Below the pieces are notes generated by a model that was not told where the DNA came from, made no database searches, and saw only the letters and a list, made by a program, of their open reading frames with translations. Below, one piece after another: positions 60,106-64,000 of a stretch of 64,000 nucleotides of DNA. A program made the translations under genes and the position numbers. Source of the DNA: Candidatus Bathyarchaeum tardum (GTDB taxonomy: Archaea; Thermoproteota; Bathyarchaeia; Bathyarchaeales; Bathyarchaeaceae); the NCBI GenBank assembly GCA_024650005.2, contig CP122380.1, positions 224,001 through 288,000 of the forward strand. Reading direction: 5' to 3'. Numbering within the stretch: position 1 is the first letter of the stretch; each line of letters starts with the position of its first letter.

Positions 60106-60612
60106 ATGAATAAAGGAACTAGAACTGCTGTAATCTTTTTCGTTTTACTGGTTGCGGTTGCAGTTCCCCTCTACTTTTTCAGCCGACCCGCTGACGTGCA
60201 AGAAGGTGCCCTTCAGGTTCGAGGCAATGTAAACAATCCATTGAATTTAACAATTAGTGAGATTGAAGCTTTGCCTTCTTCTGACATGCAGGCGACGTTG
60301 GATTCTGCTATGCATGTTGAAGATGAAGGCAATTTCACTTACACTGGAGTTACTGTTGCAAGCCTTTTAGAATTGGCTGAAGTTTCTGAAGACGCTTCTT
60401 CCGTTTTGATCCAGTCCATAGACACCTATGCTATCACGTTGTCTGTTGACGAGATCATGAAAAACCCAAAAGTCATGCTAGTTTACCAACAAGACGGACA
60501 AGCCTTGGCTTCTCATGCTGAGGGTGGAAATGGTCCCTTGCGTCTCATAATTGGCTCAGACGAGTTTGCTCAGCGTTGGGTTACCAGTGTAGTGTTGCTT
60601 GAAATCAGTTAG
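60106..60612 (+). CDS. Membrane-anchored single molybdopterin-binding-domain protein
   Basis: N-terminal TM; G.VNNP, YTGV...LL, DTY, GPLRL and RWV motifs. Confidence 0.8.
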   Translation: MNKGTRTAVIFFVLLVAVAVPLYFFSRPADVQEGALQVRGNVNNPLNLTISEIEALPSSDMQATLDSAMHVEDEGNFTYTGVTVASLLELAEVSEDASSVLIQSIDTYAITLSVDEIMKNPKVMLVYQQDGQALASHAEGGNGPLRLIIGSDEFAQRWVTSVVLLEIS

Positions 60613-60773
60613 GTTTGAGCCTTGAAAGCAATTTAAATACAAAAAACAGCGAACTTGCACACAACAAAGTTAACAACAATTGATTAAGCGTTAATGGCCT
60701 TTTCTTTGTGTTTGTCCATTTTGTGTGGACTAGTTTTTTTGTAGTATGGTTCAGTTTTAGCTGTAATCTAACC

Positions 60774-61550
60774 TTACTTGTTTTCTATCTTGAGCAACAA
60801 ACTGCGAACATCATCTACCCCATTAAGGGACTGTGCCATGCTGGTTACAATGTTTGTGATTATCTCTCTTGGAAAATCTTTGATAGGTATTCTTGTGCCG
60901 TTAACTTCCAAAACCACTGATTTTCCCGTCAACAGCGGGCAATTCTTTGCTTTTGGGTCCTCTGCAACCATGGCTTTTGCCAACTCATAACATGACTCAA
61001 ACCCGCATTCTCCACAATGAATCAAATCAGGAAGAATACTGAAGGCTTTTTGTTCAACTATGTCCGCAAGGTTTTTTGCTTCAGTTAGGCTTTTGACCAG
61101 AGGAATTTGTAAAGCAGCTGCTTTTTTTGTTTCTTGTTCAGATTCAACGATAAGCCCAGAAATTGCTATTGCTAATCCATCAGAATATTCGGTTACTTCT
61201 TGCATGGTTTTTGCTGCGATTATTTTTGGGAAAATTTTTTCGTTCTCAAAGCCTTCCAATAATACGTAATCCATTCCGTGTAGAAATTCTGTAAGATCGT
61301 TTAGTTTTTGTTTCTTTTTTACGAAAACAACTGTTTCGTTTTGTGGGACTGCTACAATAATTTCTGCCCCTGCTTCGCTGTGTTTCCATGTGTCATGCAC
61401 TGGAGACGGCGAATCTATTGTTTGTATTCGAGGCATGTGTTTAATGGTTCCCACTTTGTAGCCTCTGTTTTTTAATTCAGTAATTAGCTGTTGAATGATG
61501 GTTGTTTTTCCTGAATGTTTTTTTCCAACGACGGCGACAATTTTTGGCAT
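60774..61550 (-). CDS. mobB: MobB with C-terminal Fe-S domain
   Basis: GKKHSGKTT, TIKH, DTWKH and EGF motifs; CGECGFESC...CP. Confidence 0.9.
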   Translation of the reverse strand: MPKIVAVVGKKHSGKTTIIQQLITELKNRGYKVGTIKHMPRIQTIDSPSPVHDTWKHSEAGAEIIVAVPQNETVVFVKKKQKLNDLTEFLHGMDYVLLEGFENEKIFPKIIAAKTMQEVTEYSDGLAIAISGLIVESEQETKKAAALQIPLVKSLTEAKNLADIVEQKAFSILPDLIHCGECGFESCYELAKAMVAEDPKAKNCPLLTGKSVVLEVNGTRIPIKDFPREIITNIVTSMAQSLNGVDDVRSLLLKIENK

Positions 61551-61654
61551 CCAAAATCACTTCACTGAAACAATAACATTTTATACTGTATATGCTTTTA
61601 TGCAAAAAAATTTATCTTTAGCGTTATTCCTAACTAGAAATAACGGGAAGTTTT

Positions 61655-62203
61655 ATGACGTTCATTGTAGCTGTTATTGGTTCCCATGGTTCAGGAAAAA
61701 CCACAACCATCGAATATCTAATTTCTTGTCTTACTACACAAGGCTACGCTGTTGGCACCATTAAACACATCCACCATGAAAACTTCAGCATCGACACTCC
61801 TGGAACCAATACTTGGCGGCATATGCAGGCTGGCTCAAAAATTACTGTTGCTGTTGCCCCCAAGGAAATCGTTGTACTAAAAAAGACAGAATCTGAACTC
61901 CGTAGTTTAAACAAAATTCTTGGTTTATTAGCAAACGAAAACTTGGATTACATTTTTGTGGAAGGCTTCCACAAGCTTATTTCTGAACGTAAAGACATCC
62001 CAAAAATTGTTACCGCAAAAAATTTCGAAGATCTCACCGAAACTTTGGAACGAACTTCTCATGTTTTTGCTGTATCGGGTTTGATTGCTCAAAAATCCAA
62101 CACGCTCGAAGGGGTGATTTTTCCTGTTATTCAGTTGCCTGATGATTGTGATAAACTTCTAAGAATGCTCAAAGATTTCTTTAGTAAACAATCCAAAAGT
62201 TAG
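61655..62203 (+). CDS. mobB: MobB (second paralog)
   Basis: GSHGSGKTT, TIKH, DTPGTNTWRH and VEGF motifs. Confidence 0.9.
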   Translation: MTFIVAVIGSHGSGKTTTIEYLISCLTTQGYAVGTIKHIHHENFSIDTPGTNTWRHMQAGSKITVAVAPKEIVVLKKTESELRSLNKILGLLANENLDYIFVEGFHKLISERKDIPKIVTAKNFEDLTETLERTSHVFAVSGLIAQKSNTLEGVIFPVIQLPDDCDKLLRMLKDFFSKQSKS

Positions 62204-62327
62204 TCAAAACGTGTTTTTTATTTTTTAAAGGTTATAGTTTATTAAAGAGAAAACTTTAAGTTGGATGTCAAGAAGTGAAGTATTCTCAATACTTCAGGAA
62301 AAAATATGCTTCTGAGTGTAGAGCAAG

Positions 62328-63536
62328 ATGACGAATGAACCTAGTCGAACCGCTGGAATAGAAATCGCAGATGACTTTTGTAGCCGCTGCGGAGTTTGTG
62401 TTGCAGTTTGTCCTTTTGAAGCAATTTCAAAAGACGAAGAGCAAAACAAGATTATTTTGGATGTAGAAAAATGTCGGGTTTGTGGCTTGTGTGTAAGCGC
62501 TTGTCCAATGTCAGCAATAGACCTTGTCTATTATAATGTTGACTCGATGACCAAAAAAGTGCAAGACGAAATGAAAGAGAAAGATGCAAACACTCTTGTT
62601 TTGTCTTGCAGAGGCAGCAACGCTGTAACCATTGACATTAAAGAGAACTTTAAAGACGAAAACGTGGAAAACTTTGTTTCTCTTCGCCTGCCTTGTGTTG
62701 GGCGTGTTCCGCCAGAATTTTACATGAATAACTTGGCTGCTGGAACCGAAAAAATTCTAGTTCTGCAATGTGAAGAAGACTTTTGCAGATTCAAAAAAGG
62801 CAGCAAAGTAGGACTCAACAGGTTTGAGTTGCTGAAAGAAACTGTAGATGTCTTGGGTTATGACCCAAACAACCTTGTTGTAAAAACTAATTCCCTGAAA
62901 GCAGTTTACGACAGTGACAAATGTGTTGGATGTGGCAAATGTGTTTTCATCTGTCCATATGACGCGATTGTATGGAAAGACGTTAGCACTCCTGAAATCA
63001 AAACTGACGACTGTATGGGTTGTGGAGCTTGTGCCCTTGTTTGCCCTCATCAAGCCATAGAATTGCGAGGCTATGAATTTGAGCCTGTTTCTGATATTAT
63101 TAAAAACTGTAGCAGCAAAGCTGCTAACGCTAAAGCCAAGGGTAAATCTGCGATTTTGTTGTTTGTTTGCCAATGGTCTGAGTTCTCAGCCTTGGACGAT
63201 GTCCAGAAAGGATGCCTTACCGATAACGTTACCATTATTGAGCTTCCATGTGCCAAAGGCTTTGATCCTGTTTTGGTTTTGGAGGCTTTAAGTGCAGGTT
63301 TTGACGGCGTTATGGCAGTTATTTGTCCAGAAGAACTCTGTAAACTTGAAGAAGGAACCTATCTCGGAGAAAGAAACTTCTCTGCTTTGAAGGTAGTTCT
63401 AAAGGAATACAACTTGGACGACCGTTTTGAGTCCTTCAGGGTTAGTCCCAAGTATCCTGGAGACTTTAAGGAAAAACTGGAAGAATTTACCAAAAAAATT
63501 TCTTCTATTCCTGACTCGGAGGAAAAAAGCGCTTAA
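62328..63536 (+). CDS. Ferredoxin-MvhD-ferredoxin-MvhD iron-sulfur protein
   Basis: Two 2x[4Fe-4S] domains, each followed by an MvhD/FlpD-like domain (LPCVGRV..C...C; VCQWS..LPC..C...C). Confidence 0.82.
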   Translation: MTNEPSRTAGIEIADDFCSRCGVCVAVCPFEAISKDEEQNKIILDVEKCRVCGLCVSACPMSAIDLVYYNVDSMTKKVQDEMKEKDANTLVLSCRGSNAVTIDIKENFKDENVENFVSLRLPCVGRVPPEFYMNNLAAGTEKILVLQCEEDFCRFKKGSKVGLNRFELLKETVDVLGYDPNNLVVKTNSLKAVYDSDKCVGCGKCVFICPYDAIVWKDVSTPEIKTDDCMGCGACALVCPHQAIELRGYEFEPVSDIIKNCSSKAANAKAKGKSAILLFVCQWSEFSALDDVQKGCLTDNVTIIELPCAKGFDPVLVLEALSAGFDGVMAVICPEELCKLEEGTYLGERNFSALKVVLKEYNLDDRFESFRVSPKYPGDFKEKLEEFTKKISSIPDSEEKSA

Positions 63537-63553
63537 CTTGGACGTGAGCATGA

Positions 63554-64000
63554 ATGTATAAAATTATAACCAAAGAAGAAGTTGCACCCAATATCCACTT
63601 GATTGAAATAGCTGCTCCCGATGTGGCACTCAAGTCTCATCCTGGACAGTTTGTTATTATTCGTCTCGACGACAAAGGTGAACGTGTTCCCCTTACCATC
63701 GCAGGTGTTGACTTGCAAAAAGGTACAGTTTCCACTGCTTTTCATGCAGTAGGCAAAACCACCAAAAAACTAGCAAAACTCAAGGCAGGTGACTCCCTCT
63801 TGGACTTTTCTGGTCCTTTGGGCAATCCTGCCGAAGTTGAAAATTTTGGTAAAGTTTTACTTGTTGGGGGTGGAGTCTGGGGTGCTCCTTTGCATTATGT
63901 TGCAGTTGCATTGAAGAAAAACAATAACAAACTTGTTATTGTTGCAGCAGGACGAACCAAAAACGACATGGTTTATGAAAACCAACTAAAAGCTATAGCT
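63554..64000 (+). CDS. NfnA/SudB-like FAD/NAD-binding subunit (3' end outside the window)
   Basis: MYKIITKEEVAP, PGQFVI.R...GERVPLTI, GPLG and VGGG motifs. Confidence 0.88.
   Translation, partial: MYKIITKEEVAPNIHLIEIAAPDVALKSHPGQFVIIRLDDKGERVPLTIAGVDLQKGTVSTAFHAVGKTTKKLAKLKAGDSLLDFSGPLGNPAEVENFGKVLLVGGGVWGAPLHYVAVALKKNNNKLVIVAAGRTKNDMVYENQLKAIA

Noticed and set aside
1-64000. CRISPR array, transposase, integrase, reverse transcriptase/DGR, rRNA
   Set aside because: No regularly spaced repeats or corresponding protein/RNA motifs were found by eye

Overview
Archaeal chromosomal window, most consistent with Bathyarchaeia (TACK). This assignment is an inference from the single-ORF RpoB, fused RpoA'/A'', class I CCA enzyme, PEF-CTERM-like surface proteins, HdrA-MvhD fusion and a D-loop-intron tRNA. 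From left to right the window holds: split glutamate synthase; a tRNA-processing cluster (cca, thpR, rnz, trm11); prs and a class II HMG-CoA reductase; an AT-rich insert with a Hhe-type helicase-nuclease defence gene and a PARP-type Zn-finger partner; tRNA-Lys(UUU, with intron) and tRNA-Asp; an arsenic cluster; cobT/cobZ; three adjacent broken genes; rpoB-rpoA-rpl30e-nusA; hdrA-mvhD with a polyferredoxin; the hyp genes; an ECF S-component/Moco-fold/mobB locus; and a double-MvhD protein before an NfnA-like gene. The strongest unexplained signals are: (1) a ~240-nt promoter- and terminator-flanked, pseudoknot-capable structured RNA candidate at 51498-51736; (2) a candidate molybdopterin/tungstopterin uptake system at 58613-62203; (3) a second ~127-nt structured element at 5845-5971; (4) a GTCAA-N6-TTGAC operator shared by surface-protein promoters; (5) two genes that appear to need non-canonical (ATA, ACG) starts. 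All calls were made by eye, without database searches or folding software.
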